Shown here piece after piece: positions 9,251 through 21,200 of a stretch of 64,000 nt of DNA; the first letter of the stretch is position 1; each line of letters starts with the position of its first letter. Both the position numbers and the translations under genes were made by a program. The notes under the pieces are model-generated. The model made no database searches and was not told where the DNA came from. It saw only the letters and a list, made by a program, of their open reading frames with translations. The DNA is from Candidatus Hydrogenedentota bacterium. Lineage in GTDB: Bacteria > Hydrogenedentota > Hydrogenedentia > Hydrogenedentales > SLHB01. Where the stretch lies: positions 32,001 through 96,000 of the forward strand of contig CAVUWV010000012.1 in the NCBI GenBank assembly GCA_963745075.1. The letters run 5' to 3'.

Positions 9251-12200
9251 CTACGACACAATCTCGCAATTGGGAAGATCGTATTTGAGCAACGTCATGC
9301 CTTCTCGGGACACCTTCGTGCCTTCGATGCGTAGATACTTGAGGTTTTTGAGGTTACGAACTGCCGGGAGGCTGGCGTTGCTGATGGGGGCATTGACGAC
9401 GGACAGACGCTCCAGATTCGGAAAACTATCGAGGACGGACATGCCCTGGTCCCCGACTTTCACCGCATATAGACGCAATTCTCGAAGCTCGTGCATGCCG
9501 CGGAAATGCGTCATTCCCAAGTCGGTCAGCGCGGCATCCGCGACTGCCAGCAACCGGAGCCGCGTCATTCCGCGCAAATAGTCGAACCCAACATCCGTGA
9601 CGTTAGGGGCGGAAATATCGAGTTCGCGGAGTCCCTTGAGGTGCTGCAATTGACGAAGACTCTCGTCGGTGACTTCCTTACCGTATAAGACAACGGAGTA
9701 CAACGCATCGGGATCGAGTTGTTCGAGCGCCGACAGGTCTGCTGCCGTTTTGTAGTCCACAATCAGCTTAACCACGCGACCAGCGGGTATCGAAACTGCG
9801 CCCTGGGCATTTCCAAGGTTCTTCCATGCCTCGGGATCGTGCGAGTCCCAGGCCCGAGTTTGCAGTCGTCCCAGTGATGCGTTTCCCGCGAATCGGAGCG
9901 TGCGGGCCCCGGGGGCGACCTCCGGTTCTTCGACGGGGGGCGGAGCGGGAACGTATTCGGGTTCACTTTGAACGACGATCGCCGTGCCGGGCATTACTTC
10001 GCGAAGGGTGGTTAGCACGGTTTCGTCGGATCCAGCGCCGACGAACTCGATTTCACGAATTCCTTTGAGCGATGCAATCTGTTCCGCGAGTTCCGAGGTC
10101 AGGGAAGCGGCCGGAATCTGAATGGATTCCACGGTTCCCGGAGCGATTGCGGCGGACAAATCCGTGGACGCGACGCCTTCTTCCGTGAAAACTATTCGCA
10201 CGGCGGCGCCTTCGGGCGGTATCCAATCGCCCCGGGCGGGTCCGAATTCCACCCATGCGGCTCCGGGGTCGGTCCTCGGCCGTGTGTATAACGTCCCAAC
10301 CGGCACGTTTGTGGGAAAATGCAGTGCGGTTTGAACGGTATCTTCGTGGCTTGCCCCACGTGTGGATAGATAGGTTTCCCAAACCGGCGGCACGTACATG
10401 TACGCAGCAATCGCGGCCGCGGCCAAGACGCCCAATGTGGTCAAGACGGCTAATACCCCGACCTTCTTGTGGGCGCCTTCCTTGACGACGACAATCGGGG
10501 GGACGCGCGGCGCGGCATCGCGCTCAGCAAGGGCCGCCCGCAGTTCTTCCACCTCGCGCCGCGCCTTCTCCAGGGCTACCGCCTTTTCCTCCTGTTCGGT
10601 GCGCAAGCCTTCCAGTTCTTGCGTGATAGCCGCCTCGGTGGATGTGGTATCGGCGGCTTGGGCACGCAACGATTCCAATTCGGCCTGCAACGTCGCGATC
10701 GTCTCTTCGCTTTCCGCACTGTGCGCGGCCGCTGCCGAGGCTTCCAGCTCGCGTTCTTCCAATGCCGATCGCAGCGTATCGAGTTCGGCGCGCGCCTGAT
10801 CCAGCGCGTCGGACTTCGCGCTCTCCGCGGCGCGAAGTTGCTCAACCTCAGCCGCAAGACCCCGTTCGGATGATGTCACCTGTTCCGTCTGGCTCACCAG
10901 TTTATTGAGGGCCTCGCGGAGCGTGGCGATTTCATGTTCACGCTGCTCCCGATCCTTGGCGGCCTGCTGGAAGGCCTCTTCGTGTTGTACCAGTGTGTTT
11001 TTGAGGTTTGAAACCTCCGAGCGGGCATCTTCAAGGGCTTGGGACTTCTCTTCGACCGCGTGTTGCAGGCCGGCCACTTCTTCGGCATTGGCCTTCTCTC
11101 GCTCGGATGCCGTTTGAGCGCGATCGCGCAAGGTCGCGAGTTCGGATTGAAGTTTGGCGACCGCTTGGCCGCTGTCCGCACTGACTTGTTCCGCTCGGGT
11201 GACGGCCGATTCACGGTTTTCAAGGGATTTTCGAAGGGCATCGAGTTCAGCCCGTGCCGTTTCCAGCGCCCGTGCCTTTTCACTTTCGTTCGCACGGAGT
11301 TGGGCAACCTCGGCCGCCAACGACTGTTCCGATGTCGACGCGCGTTCCGCCTTATCCCGGATGGCGTCCAATTCGCCTTGCAGTTTTGCAATCGCTTCGG
11401 CGCTCTGGCTGCGATCCTGTTTTGCCGCAGAGACATCGCGTTCGCGTGTCTGGAGTGCGTCCTTCAGCGCTTCCATTTCGGCCCGCGCCCGCTCCAGTTC
11501 CTGAGCCTTCGACGACTCCCGGTTACGCAACTGGTCCAACTCGTGCGCTAATTCGGCTTCGGACGCGGTTGCCTTCTCCGCATCGCTTTGCAGAGATTGC
11601 AGTTCCTGGCGTAACTGCTCGGCGGCACGTTCGCTTTCAGCGTTGCGCGCTTCAGCGTCGGCAATGGCGGTTTCCCGTTCCTCGAGCGTGGCGCGCAGTT
11701 TCGCCATTTCCGCGCGCGCGTCTTCGAGTGCTTCCGTCTTGGCCGTTTCATTGGCCCGCAGTCGCTCCAGCTCCGACGACAGGGACGCCTCGGAGGACGA
11801 AGCTTTTTGCGCTTGATTCCGAATGGCCTCCAATTGGGCGCGCAGTTTTTCCGCGGCTTCCTCGCTGGCCTCGCTACGTTGTTCGGCGGCCTTGATGGCG
11901 GCCTCCCGGCCGGTCAGTTCCTTCCGGAGGGTTTCCAACTCGGTTCGAGCGGTCTCCAAGGCTTCGGTTTTCGCCGATTCATTGGCGCGAAGCCGCTCCA
12001 ATTCGGTCGAGAGCGCGGCCTCCGAAGACGAGGCTTGTTCGGCCTGCGACCGGATATCGGTGAGCTGACGGCGCAATTCTTCCGCGGCTTTTTCGCTTTC
12101 CGCGCTACGTTGTTCGGCAGCCTTAATGGCCGATTCTCGTTCGGACAGGGCGCCCCGCAGTGAATCCAACTCATGCCGGGCCTTTTCGAGCGCCTCGGCC

Positions 12201-12926
12201 TTGACGGTTTCATTGTTTCGGAGCCGCTCCAATTCCGCAGACAACGCTTGCTGGGAGGATGATGCCAGTTCGGCCCTTGCACGGAGCGCGTCCAGTTCCT
12301 TGCGCAGCGCCGCTGCTGCCTGTTGACTTTCCTCGCTGCGCTGCTCTGCCTCACGGATGGCCACCTCGCGGTCTGCGAGGGTGCCCCGAAGGGACTCCAT
12401 TTCGTTGCGGGCGCCTTCCAATTCGTTGCTGCGTTCTTGCTGGAGCGCGCGCAACTGTTCCAATTCGGTGGCCAATTGCAGCTCGGTCGTCGTCGCTTTG
12501 TCCGCCCGGGACCGCATCCCGTCGAGTTGCTCTTCAAGCGCGGCAATCCGCTCGCGCAAATTGACTTGTTCCGAGGCCTCCGTGCGCTTGCGCGCCACGA
12601 GTTCCTCGACTTCCGTGACAGCACGTTCCTGATCTTCGATGAGCTTGGACAGCGCCTGGAGTTGATCGTTGCCAAGGAACGTCCCGCATGGCGTCGAAGT
12701 CGGTTTGCGCGTCTCGAATCCGAACTTGGAGCAGCCGGCTGACCTTCTCCGCGTCATCCAGCAAACCCATAGTGGCAAGGCTGCGCATTCGCATGGTCAT
12801 TAATGCCGGGCTGTTGGGGAGGGATTGGTCAAGCTGGGTCAAAATGTCGAGCGCCCAGACGTGTGCGTCTGCGGCTTGCAGTCGAATTGCCTGTTCAAAC
12901 TTCTCTTCAATCGTGGGAAGTGCCAT
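9251..12926 (-). CDS. Long coiled-coil / single TM / leucine-rich-repeat protein (one frameshift ~12684)
   Basis: ORF 12534-12926 (MALPTIEEK...) joins ORF 9251-12778 if one G is removed from atgcgggacg (giving MRTFLGND). Contains 77-aa repeats, TM VGVLAVLTTLGVLAAAAIAAYMYV and LRRs (LRELDISAPNVTD, LRELRLYAVKVGD). Confidence 0.8.
10520..12520 (-). repeat. Intragenic 231-bp (77-aa) tandem repeat, about 8.5 units
   Basis: ELE(R/Q)LR...K..ALE.AR.E...LR..L..RE recurs every 77 aa. The DNA word agccgctccaattc occurs at 11991 and 12222, 231 bp apart. Confidence 0.85.
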
Positions 12927-13224
12927 TCACCATCATCCGTCGCGCGTTCGAGGTCGCCGTCCGCTGCGTGTTCTCTATCCAACGCTATTAGTTGTACCAT
13001 AATACGGGCGGCGGCGGACGCGGGCAATCTTCTTGTGCGCATTATTCATAGACCAGCGGATTCCTTGACTCCGGGGCCATGCGCTCCTACACTTAGCGCC
13101 AGTCGGCCAACGGATGCCTTCCTGCGGAAGGGTCGGGACTACTGGGGATGTGCGACGGCAACAGGGTACAACCGACGCGCGAGTTCCCTCCACAAGGGCC
13201 GAAGCATCGGGTGATCGCAACAGC

Positions 13225-14827
13225 ATGCTTGTTATTTCATGTGAATGTGGCCAGCGGATGAAGGGCCCCCCTACGCTTCTGGGGAAAACGGTGAAGTGTG
13301 TCCGCTGCGGCAAGCAAGTTGCGGTCACGAAGAAGAACACGGCTCCCTTGGCGGCCCCCTCCGGGGTGAATCCAGGGCACGGAGTCAGCGAAGGCCCCTC
13401 CCGAAAAAGCGCCCGTAGCGGAGTCCGCCCGGCATATCGGGCAGTTGTTGGTCGAAGACGGCGTATTGACGGGGGAGCAGATGCAGGAAGCCATCGCCGT
13501 TCGCGAACGGGAAGGCGGGCAGATTCTTCCGATTATCTTATCCCTCGGTTTTCTGGATAAGTTGACTCTCCACGACTACCTGTCCAAGAAGCCCGGTATC
13601 GCCAGCATCGATTTGAAGAGCTACTACATTCCCAAGGAACTGATTTCCCTCGTTCCGAAGGAAATCGCCCAGGAGTGTCTCGTCCTCCCCATTGACAAGT
13701 TGGGGCGGCTTCTCACGGTGGGGATGGCGTGTCCGTTGGACACGGACACGATCTACCGGTTGGAGGAGATCACCGGACTTACCGTCAAGCCGATGCTCTG
13801 CAAGCTCGACGATATTTTGGGCACGATCGACCGGTACTATCCCGGCGAAATCCAAGCCGAGGAACCGAAACCGCCTGCGTCACCGCCGCCACCTGAGCAG
13901 GCAGCGCCGCAGACGCCCAAAGATGATCGTCCGGCGGAAACTGCCCGACCGCCGGAGCCGCGCCCGCTGCCCGCGTCGGCGATGCCGGTCGTGCCGCTGC
14001 TGGCTGAAATCGGCGATCGTTTTGCCCGCATGGATGCGCTGCCGACGTTTACGGACACCGTGAACCGTTTACGAGAACGGGTGGATCACGGAAACGCGAC
14101 CGCGGTTACGGTGGCCGAGATCGTTCGGCTCGATCCCGCCATCGTTGCCAAGATTCTCAGTATTGCGAATGCGGGGCCCTACGGCATGGTTGGAAACGTA
14201 CAGGATACGAACCTTGCAGCCGCCCTTCTCGGAATCGACGGGGTTTGTGAACTGGCCATGTTGTCCGTGATCGCCGGCAATCAGTTCGACGCTCCTCCCT
14301 TGGACTACGAATCGTTTCTTCAGCGGTCCCGATTCTGCTCGGTCGCGGCATTTTCGCTGGCAGACCGGGTCGATCCGATGTTGCGTCACACGGCGCAGGT
14401 CACAGGTTTGCTTCACAGCGTGGGATCCCTGGCGCTTGCTTGCGCATTCCCGAAACGTGCGGCGGAATTGAGCGATGATGTGACTGCGTTCGAACGAATT
14501 TCGGATGAAACACGGTTGTTCGGAGTCGGACACCCCGAGGCGGGCGCATTGCTCGCCAAGGAATGGGGAATCCCGGAACCGGTCGAGCAAGCGCTTCGAC
14601 TGCATCGGGATCTGCCTGCGGCGGCTTCGGCGGGACCGTTGGCTGCCGTCACGGCGTTTGCGGCGATTCTCGCGGACGCGTTCATGGCGGACGAACCCGA
14701 GCCCGCGCATGCCATCCAGGAAGGCGAGCATCTGCTCAAATCGCTCGAAATCAGTGCAAAGGATGCCCTCCAAACGTTCAATCATGTGCGCTCCGCCATG
14801 AGGGACGGTCCAATTCCCGGTAACTGA
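13225..14827 (+). CDS. Zinc-ribbon + MshEN/T2SSE_N + HDOD domain protein (one frameshift ~13375)
   Basis: ATG 13225 gives MLVISCECG...KCVRCG. Removing one G in ccagggcac links this to RHIGQLLVEDGVLTGEQ and LTVGMACPLD. HDOD motifs DPAIVAKILSIAN, GLLHSVG, HPEAGALLAKEWGIP. Confidence 0.8.
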
Positions 14828-15556
14828 TTATACACAGACCAGAACCGGCTTTCGGGTGACAACGCCATCCACCTTGACGCCAAGCGTGTGCAATACTTCA
14901 CCGACGAGCGTGACGGCGCGCTTCGGCGACATCGTGGTCTTGAGGAGGCGTTCGTACAACAATGCCTCGGCGATGTTCGTGTACCAGTCGTTCACGTCTA
15001 CGCGGTAGGAGATTACCGCAGCCGCCTGGCTGACCTCTTTAATCGATTCGAGGACTTCGCGGTCCTGGCCGATCTGGCAGCACGAAAACAGCAGGATCTT
15101 GTCCCGCAGCCCCTTAAACACGTCGGCCTGTTTCACGAGATCCAGGTCGTCGAAGGTCAGGTGCAACATGGCGCTGCCGGGTTTTGGGCCCACGGTTCCG
15201 TGACTCATGATGTGGATGAAACGGGTCGAAGGGTTTTTGCCTTCCTGGCGCAGGAATTGACGCATGGAGTCGACCGTATGCACGCGTTCGTACAGCGCCT
15301 CAACGTCGAATGCGTAGAGCAGTTGCTGCATCATGGGACCGTAGGTCCGGTTCGACCGCAAGTTGCGATCCAGCCGCGTTTCGAGGATGAGGGACCGGTC
15401 GTGGGCGGAACGCAAGTTCCGAACGGATACCAGCAGGCGCCTTCCCGAATCTGTCACGACACGACGGGATGCATGCTCCACCCCGGTCACCCGGCCGCGG
15501 TGGTAGTCTCCATTCATCTTAAACAAGACACGTGTGTTGAAATCGTATTTTCGCAC
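14828..15556 (-). CDS. Small caspase/CHAT-like (clan CD fold) putative cysteine protease with short N-terminal beta domain
   Basis: FIHIMSHG followed about 40 aa later by ILLFSCC: the strand-His-Gly and strand-Cys pattern of the caspase-hemoglobinase fold. GTG start. Confidence 0.6.
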   Translation of the reverse strand: MRKYDFNTRVLFKMNGDYHRGRVTGVEHASRRVVTDSGRRLLVSVRNLRSAHDRSLILETRLDRNLRSNRTYGPMMQQLLYAFDVEALYERVHTVDSMRQFLRQEGKNPSTRFIHIMSHGTVGPKPGSAMLHLTFDDLDLVKQADVFKGLRDKILLFSCCQIGQDREVLESIKEVSQAAAVISYRVDVNDWYTNIAEALLYERLLKTTMSPKRAVTLVGEVLHTLGVKVDGVVTRKPVLVCV

Positions 15557-15768
15557 GGATACTCGTCCTTACTTCATCTCCAAACCAGCGCGGACATCCC
15601 CGCGATTGGCGCGGTCCGGCCGGGTACTCCCAAACAGATAGATTATAAGCGAAGGCGGGGGAGTTCGGGTACTGCGCAAGCAGGGACTCGTTCGCACTGG
15701 CGGCGCGTCGCCCGAACGACTATACTCCGGCCTGGGGGGTGGCGGTTCCGGGGATTGGGAGACGGTTG

Positions 15769-16134
15769 ATGGAGAAGCACTTCGAACACCTGGGCGGGGA
15801 TGCGGGTATTGAGAGGCTCGTCACTTCCCTATATCAGCGTATATTGTCGGACGACCGGCTGGCTCCGTTTTTCGACGGAGTGGACATGAACCTGCAACGA
15901 CGGAAGTTTCGGTCTTTTCTGCACACGGTGTCGGGCGGCCCGCAATCCCGCACTTCGATCGAACTTCGATCGGCGCACTCACAGGCAGTGGACCGTGGGT
16001 TGGAAGATTCGCACGTCGATCTCTTTGTCGGTCATTTCCAGCAGACACTTGATGATGCGGACGTTCCCACACATATCGTCGATGATGTCATGGTCGAGAT
16101 CGCCCGTACGCGGGAAGACGTGCTTGGTCTCTAG
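15769..16134 (+). CDS. glbN: Group I truncated hemoglobin
   Basis: FEHLGG..GIERLV..LYQRIL.DDRLAPFF, GGP, LRSAH (proximal His); 121 aa; GGGAGA RBS before ATG 15769. Confidence 0.85.
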   Translation: MEKHFEHLGGDAGIERLVTSLYQRILSDDRLAPFFDGVDMNLQRRKFRSFLHTVSGGPQSRTSIELRSAHSQAVDRGLEDSHVDLFVGHFQQTLDDADVPTHIVDDVMVEIARTREDVLGL

Positions 16135-16260
16135 TTCCGGCGGCCCGCGTATCGCCCTCATGCACTCATGCCGGTTTTCGGCGTCAACACGCTATTTTGA
16201 TTCGCAATATTCCGGAAAATGCGTTAGACTCATTGAGAAATGGTGCGGTCACCGGTTGTC

Positions 16261-16475
16261 CTAGCCGGGAAATCTCACACGCGCCAAACATTGGATCTGT
16301 AACCCCAATCCGCTTCGGGTGTTCACATGTTGGTCCGAGCTTTTTGGGCGGACAGAGTGCGTGTGCGAATTTCTCAACAATGAGCCTACAGTTTTTCTCG
16401 AAAGCGTTTCTCACCGCACCCAACGTACCGGTCTGCAAAACGGATGATTTTCGGGCGGTGAGAAATGCGGACTAG
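16261..16475 (+). mobile_element. MITE-like element, copy 1 (~215 bp)
   Basis: CTAG at both ends; imperfect TIRs GCCGGGAAATCTCAC / GTGAGAAATGCGGAC; two internal hairpins; aligns by eye with three other copies. Confidence 0.8.
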
Positions 16476-16503
16476 AGGTGCGGTTTTGCGGTGTCTTCCC
16501 GGA

Positions 16504-18297
16504 ATGAGTTCCGCGCGAACGGGAATTCCAACCCTGCCGGTAGTGTGTTTCGCCTGCGCGTTACTGGTGTGCTCGCCGGTGGTTGCCGGATCTGAAGCGA
16601 CTGGATTGCACTACGAGGTGCGGTGGCAGGGAAAATTGGAAGACGCACTGCGGAAGACACTGGAGCAAAACTCGGACACGGTAACCTACCGCGATCGGTT
16701 GCCCGCGAGCCTCACGCATCTTCGTCGCAGGGTCAGCCGCGACGTGGAACGCTTCACACGGATCCTTCACGCGCAGGGCTACTATGACGCGACGATTGAC
16801 GAGGATATCAGCACCGCCGAGTCCCCCTTCGTCGTCGAATTTCGCGTCGATCCCGGACCTCAATACACGTTTCGGAAGATCGATGTGGCAGCCACCAGCA
16901 AGGTGTCGTTTGCATGGCCGACACCGAGCGCGCTCGATCTGCCGCCAGGAACTCCGGCGTTGTCAAAAGCGGTCGTTGATGCGGAGGGGCAATTGCTGGC
17001 TTGCGCGAAAACCTTCGGCCACCCCTTTCCATCGGTCGCGAATCGATCCGTGGTTGTCGATCGCGAAAGCCGGACGGTCGACGTTACCTATACCATTGAC
17101 CCCGGACCACTCGCACAATTCGGTCCAACGACAGTAGACGGCCTGAACGCGGTAAAGGAAGAGACCGTGCGCCGGGCAATCGCATGGCAGGAAGGGGAAC
17201 CGTACGACGCCAAGCTGATCTCGGAGACGCAGGATCGTTTATACGCGCAAGAACTGTACTCGATGGCACGGGTTATCACCGGCGACACACTCGATGCCGA
17301 GGGGCGCGTCCCCATGCGGATTCGCGTTGTCGAGCGCAAACACCGGACGATCTCGCTTGGCGCGGGATTCGATACCGATGGCGGACCCAACGTGCGTGCG
17401 GGTTGGGAACACCGCAATATCGACGGCCTCGGTCACAAGCTAACGCTGCAGAGCAAACTGTCGGGCGACTCGCAGGATGCCGAAGCCCGTTTCTTGATCC
17501 CGGGATGGCGGCGTGACGATCAGACGTTACGGTTGCAACTCCGTCTTGGCGCCGAGTCGCCGGAAGCGTACGACAGCCGGTATGCGGGCGCCGGCGTGAC
17601 CGTGGAACGGAAGCTGGGTCCTCGCTGGACCGTGGGTGCGGGCGTGGCGTTCCGGTACAGCCTCCAGGAGCAGAAGCGCCTGGATGAAATCTATCATCTC
17701 CTGTCGTTTCCGTCCTATGCGTTGCGAGACACGACCGACAATTCCATGGATCCCAAACAAGGGTCGCGGCTTGATTTGCGCGCGGAACCTTTCGTGGAAG
17801 TTACGGACCCCACCGTTTCGTTCCTGCGTGGCAGCGTGGAATGGCGCGGCTACCGTGCCTTGGATGAAGATGGATACTGGGTGATCGCGGCACGGCTTAA
17901 ACTAGGCACGATTCTGGGCGCCGGCTCGGACGCGATTCCGCCCGATGAGCGGTTTTACGCCGGGGGCGGCGGGTCGATTCGAGGTTTTGCCTACAAAACG
18001 GTGAGTCCGTTGAAGGGCGACGACCCCATCGGCGGCCGCTCGCTGACGGAAGCCAGCATCGAATTGCGCCGGCGGATCACCGAGCAACTTGGCGCCGTGG
18101 TCTTCGTTGATGCCGGAAACGCGTTCTCAACGTCAATACCGGATTTTGGAGAAGAACTTCGCGTCGGTGCAGGCGTGGGCGTTCGCTACTTCACACCGAT
18201 CGGTCCGCTACGCATCGACGTAGCCGTCCCCTTGAATCCACGCGAAGAGCTGGATGACCGTTTCGGAGTTTACGTCAGTTTTGGACAAGCCTTCTGA
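16504..18297 (+). CDS. tamA: TamA (Omp85 family) translocation and assembly module outer-membrane subunit
   Basis: POTRA-like N-terminus (AQGYY), RFYAGGGGSIRGF, GVGVRYFTPIGPLRIDVA and terminal SFGQAF. The ORF-track start 16465 lies inside the MITE, so ATG 16504 is preferred. Confidence 0.92.
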   Translation: MSSARTGIPTLPVVCFACALLVCSPVVAGSEATGLHYEVRWQGKLEDALRKTLEQNSDTVTYRDRLPASLTHLRRRVSRDVERFTRILHAQGYYDATIDEDISTAESPFVVEFRVDPGPQYTFRKIDVAATSKVSFAWPTPSALDLPPGTPALSKAVVDAEGQLLACAKTFGHPFPSVANRSVVVDRESRTVDVTYTIDPGPLAQFGPTTVDGLNAVKEETVRRAIAWQEGEPYDAKLISETQDRLYAQELYSMARVITGDTLDAEGRVPMRIRVVERKHRTISLGAGFDTDGGPNVRAGWEHRNIDGLGHKLTLQSKLSGDSQDAEARFLIPGWRRDDQTLRLQLRLGAESPEAYDSRYAGAGVTVERKLGPRWTVGAGVAFRYSLQEQKRLDEIYHLLSFPSYALRDTTDNSMDPKQGSRLDLRAEPFVEVTDPTVSFLRGSVEWRGYRALDEDGYWVIAARLKLGTILGAGSDAIPPDERFYAGGGGSIRGFAYKTVSPLKGDDPIGGRSLTEASIELRRRITEQLGAVVFVDAGNAFSTSIPDFGEELRVGAGVGVRYFTPIGPLRIDVAVPLNPREELDDRFGVYVSFGQAF

Positions 18298-21200
18298 AAA
18301 TGCTCGCCGCCTACCAAGTGTTGTGCGATGGCTCGTCCGAGCCTTCGTGGCCTCCGCATGTCTGATCGTATTGTCGTTATTGGCCATCAATTCCGGTCCC
18401 GGAAAACGATGGCTCGCGTCTTACTTGTCTGAGACGCTCTCCGCAAATCCGCGATTGGATTTCCAACTAATCGGACTTCACGGCACGCTGCCAAGCTCCA
18501 TACGCCTGGAGTCCATTAACGTCAGCGACAGCGCCGGCACGATCGCGTCAGCTCGGGACGTTTCGGCGCGCTGGTCGCTTTGGTCCATTCTGCGGGGTCC
18601 CTTTCACGTCTACGCGGTTTCCGTGAACGACGTAGCAATTCTGAAACGACCGCCCCCCAACCCGGATGCACGACCCTTGGATATTGTGCGCGCGATACCA
18701 AAGGCCCTGCGCGGCGTGCGCGTCGACTCGTTTACGATCAACCAGTTGGCAGTATCTGAGGCCGTGGCGGGGAAGCGCGCGACGTTTCGCATCGACGGCC
18801 ACTTGGCCGGAAAGACGGTGGAGGAATTAGTTGCCGCGTTGGACGTCGTTCGTACTGATGCGCCAACGACCTCTGCGACGTTGACCCTGAATCTCGGCGG
18901 CGGCGCCTCGACGCTGGGGCTTGCCGCGCGCGTGGAAGATACCGCATTCCTGCCTGAGCTCGTGGGCGCGGAAGGCCAGACGCCGTTCGTCTTCACCGTC
19001 GACGGGGACGGCGATTCGAATTCGTGGACCGGAAAAGTCGATGGCTCTCTCGGTGGCGCGTCGTTCGTGAATGCCGATCTGGAACTCGCCGTGGGCGATA
19101 CCATCCAAGGGTCCCTCGACGGGATTTTTCACGCGAGCCGTCTTCCTCGGGCTGCGGCGCTAAGCGAACGGCTTGGCGAGGTCGTCGCATTTCAGATTGA
19201 CGGTCAACGACGATCGGACGGCTCCGTTGCTCTATCCCCAATCAAGGTCAGCGGCGGTGGATCGGAATTTGCCGGGCAACTTGGTTACGACGCCAAAGCC
19301 GATACGGTGGACCTTACCGTCGACCTAACCACGGAATCTCTTGCGCGGGTTCTTGGGGTAACCCGCAATGGCTTGAACCAGCCCGCGCAGGGGACGGTTT
19401 CGCTGAAGGGGCCGTTAGCTACACCCACCCTAAGCACGCGACTCAGTGTATCAAGAACTCCGTTGCTCGCGGTGGATGGTGATTTGGATTTGCGAGAGGG
19501 CTACGGCTTTGACCTGGACGTCGCCGCGTGGCCAAAACCGCCGCTCATCCCAGAGAAGGCGGGAGAGGCAATCGCCGACGGTGTAAACGGTCATGTGGCG
19601 GGGATGCAACGGGCGGATGGCTCGCTGCGCATAGATGAGTCAGTACTCCACGTAGCCGGCGCCCGGTTGGGCTTCAACGCCGACATGAACGCGGGATCCC
19701 ATCAATTGGCCGCCAGTGTGAATCTTTCCGATCTCGACATATCGAAGCTCGCCGGACTTGTTCCGGATGGCAGCACGGGGATCGTTTCGTTGCAGGGGCG
19801 GATTGACGGATCGAAGGATGGATGGAACGCAAATGCCACTATCTCGGGTACGAGCGTAGAAATCAAGGGAGCGACTACGGCCAAACTCAGCGGGACTTTG
19901 ACGGGTTCGGGACACTCTTGGAAGCCGTCAACCCTCGAAGGCATGAATTTCGCGGTTGATGCCTCGGCTGCGCCGTTTACACTAAACGAGCGCTCGCAGC
20001 CCGAACTTCGCTTGCGGGCAGAGGCAGCGATTCCCGAGGCGAATCACCTCCGACTGGCCAGTGCGAAGGTGGACTCGCGGGATCTGGCCATAAGCGCGCA
20101 TGGTGACTACAATATTAAGTCGAAAGGTGGTAAATTCGGGGTGAATTTGTCCCGGATCGACTTAGTCTTGTTCAAAGCGGCCGGACACTTGAGTGCCCAG
20201 GCGACCATCCACACCTCTACGGAGACGCCCGCTTCGGGCTCGCTCGACTTCCGCGTGGCGAACGCCGGCGGGCTCCCCGACCCGGTTCTGTCTCTGGTAA
20301 CCGAGCAGGTCGATGGGAAGGCCACGTTTACCCTGTCGGACAATTCACGACTCGCAATCGACAACGCAACGTTAGAAAGCAGTGCCATGTCGGCGAGTGG
20401 CACGGGGGTGTTGGACCTGATAGAGAAGACGATGCAGACGGATACATCGTTTCGCGTGCCCAATCTGGCAGTATTGTCCGAGCCGATGGGGCGCTCGCTT
20501 GGAGGCGCAATCGCGGCGTCGGTATCGACGAAAGGGCCTTGGGACGATTTCGCGGCCACGCTGGCGATCGATGGAGATGCACTGGTCGTTGACGACGCGA
20601 AAGTGAGTCACGCGGAACTGCGGGGAGAGGTGAGTGGACTCCCCGCGACTCCTTCTGGCGACGCAACGCTGCGATTATCGCGTGACGATGAAGCGCTCTC
20701 GGTGGAGGCCGCATTTGCCTTCGCGAAACCCAACCTCACGGTTCCGAATTTCACGATTGAATCGGGTTCGAACCAGGTACGCGGCAACGTCGAGTTCGAT
20801 GTGGAGAGCAAACATGGGCAGGGGGCCGTAACGGGGGACCTTCCCGACTTGTCCGCCGTAGGCCGGATGTTCGATGTGAACCTGGCCGGCGGGATGAAGG
20901 TAAACGCTGTTCTTGAAGGACCGCCTGATACCGAACATCTAAGAGTGGACTTGAATGGCGCCCAAATCGGCTTCGCGGACGTTTCGGCAGGCGCCGTTCA
21001 GGCGAACGCTGATATCAACGACCCTTTCGGCAATTGGTCGGGCGCGATCCAGGTTAAGGGCCAAAGTCTCGAGGCCGGCGACGCGAATCTTGCGGGGTAT
21101 TCCGTGGGGATGAAGGGCGATAAGAACACCGCGGAATTAAGAATGGCAATCAATGAAGGCACCGTCCGCGAATGGCCGGTAACATTGAAGACCGGGATGA

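Noticed and set aside
12680..13380. Programmed ribosomal frameshifting in the coiled-coil and HDOD genes
   Set aside because: No slippery heptamer or stimulatory structure; the same indel pattern appears across unrelated genes.
16261..16475. Short ORFs over the repeat element (e.g. 16197-16475, 46372-46623, 51448-51786) as a protein family
   Set aside because: Their similarity comes from the non-coding repeat; frames and starts are inconsistent between copies.
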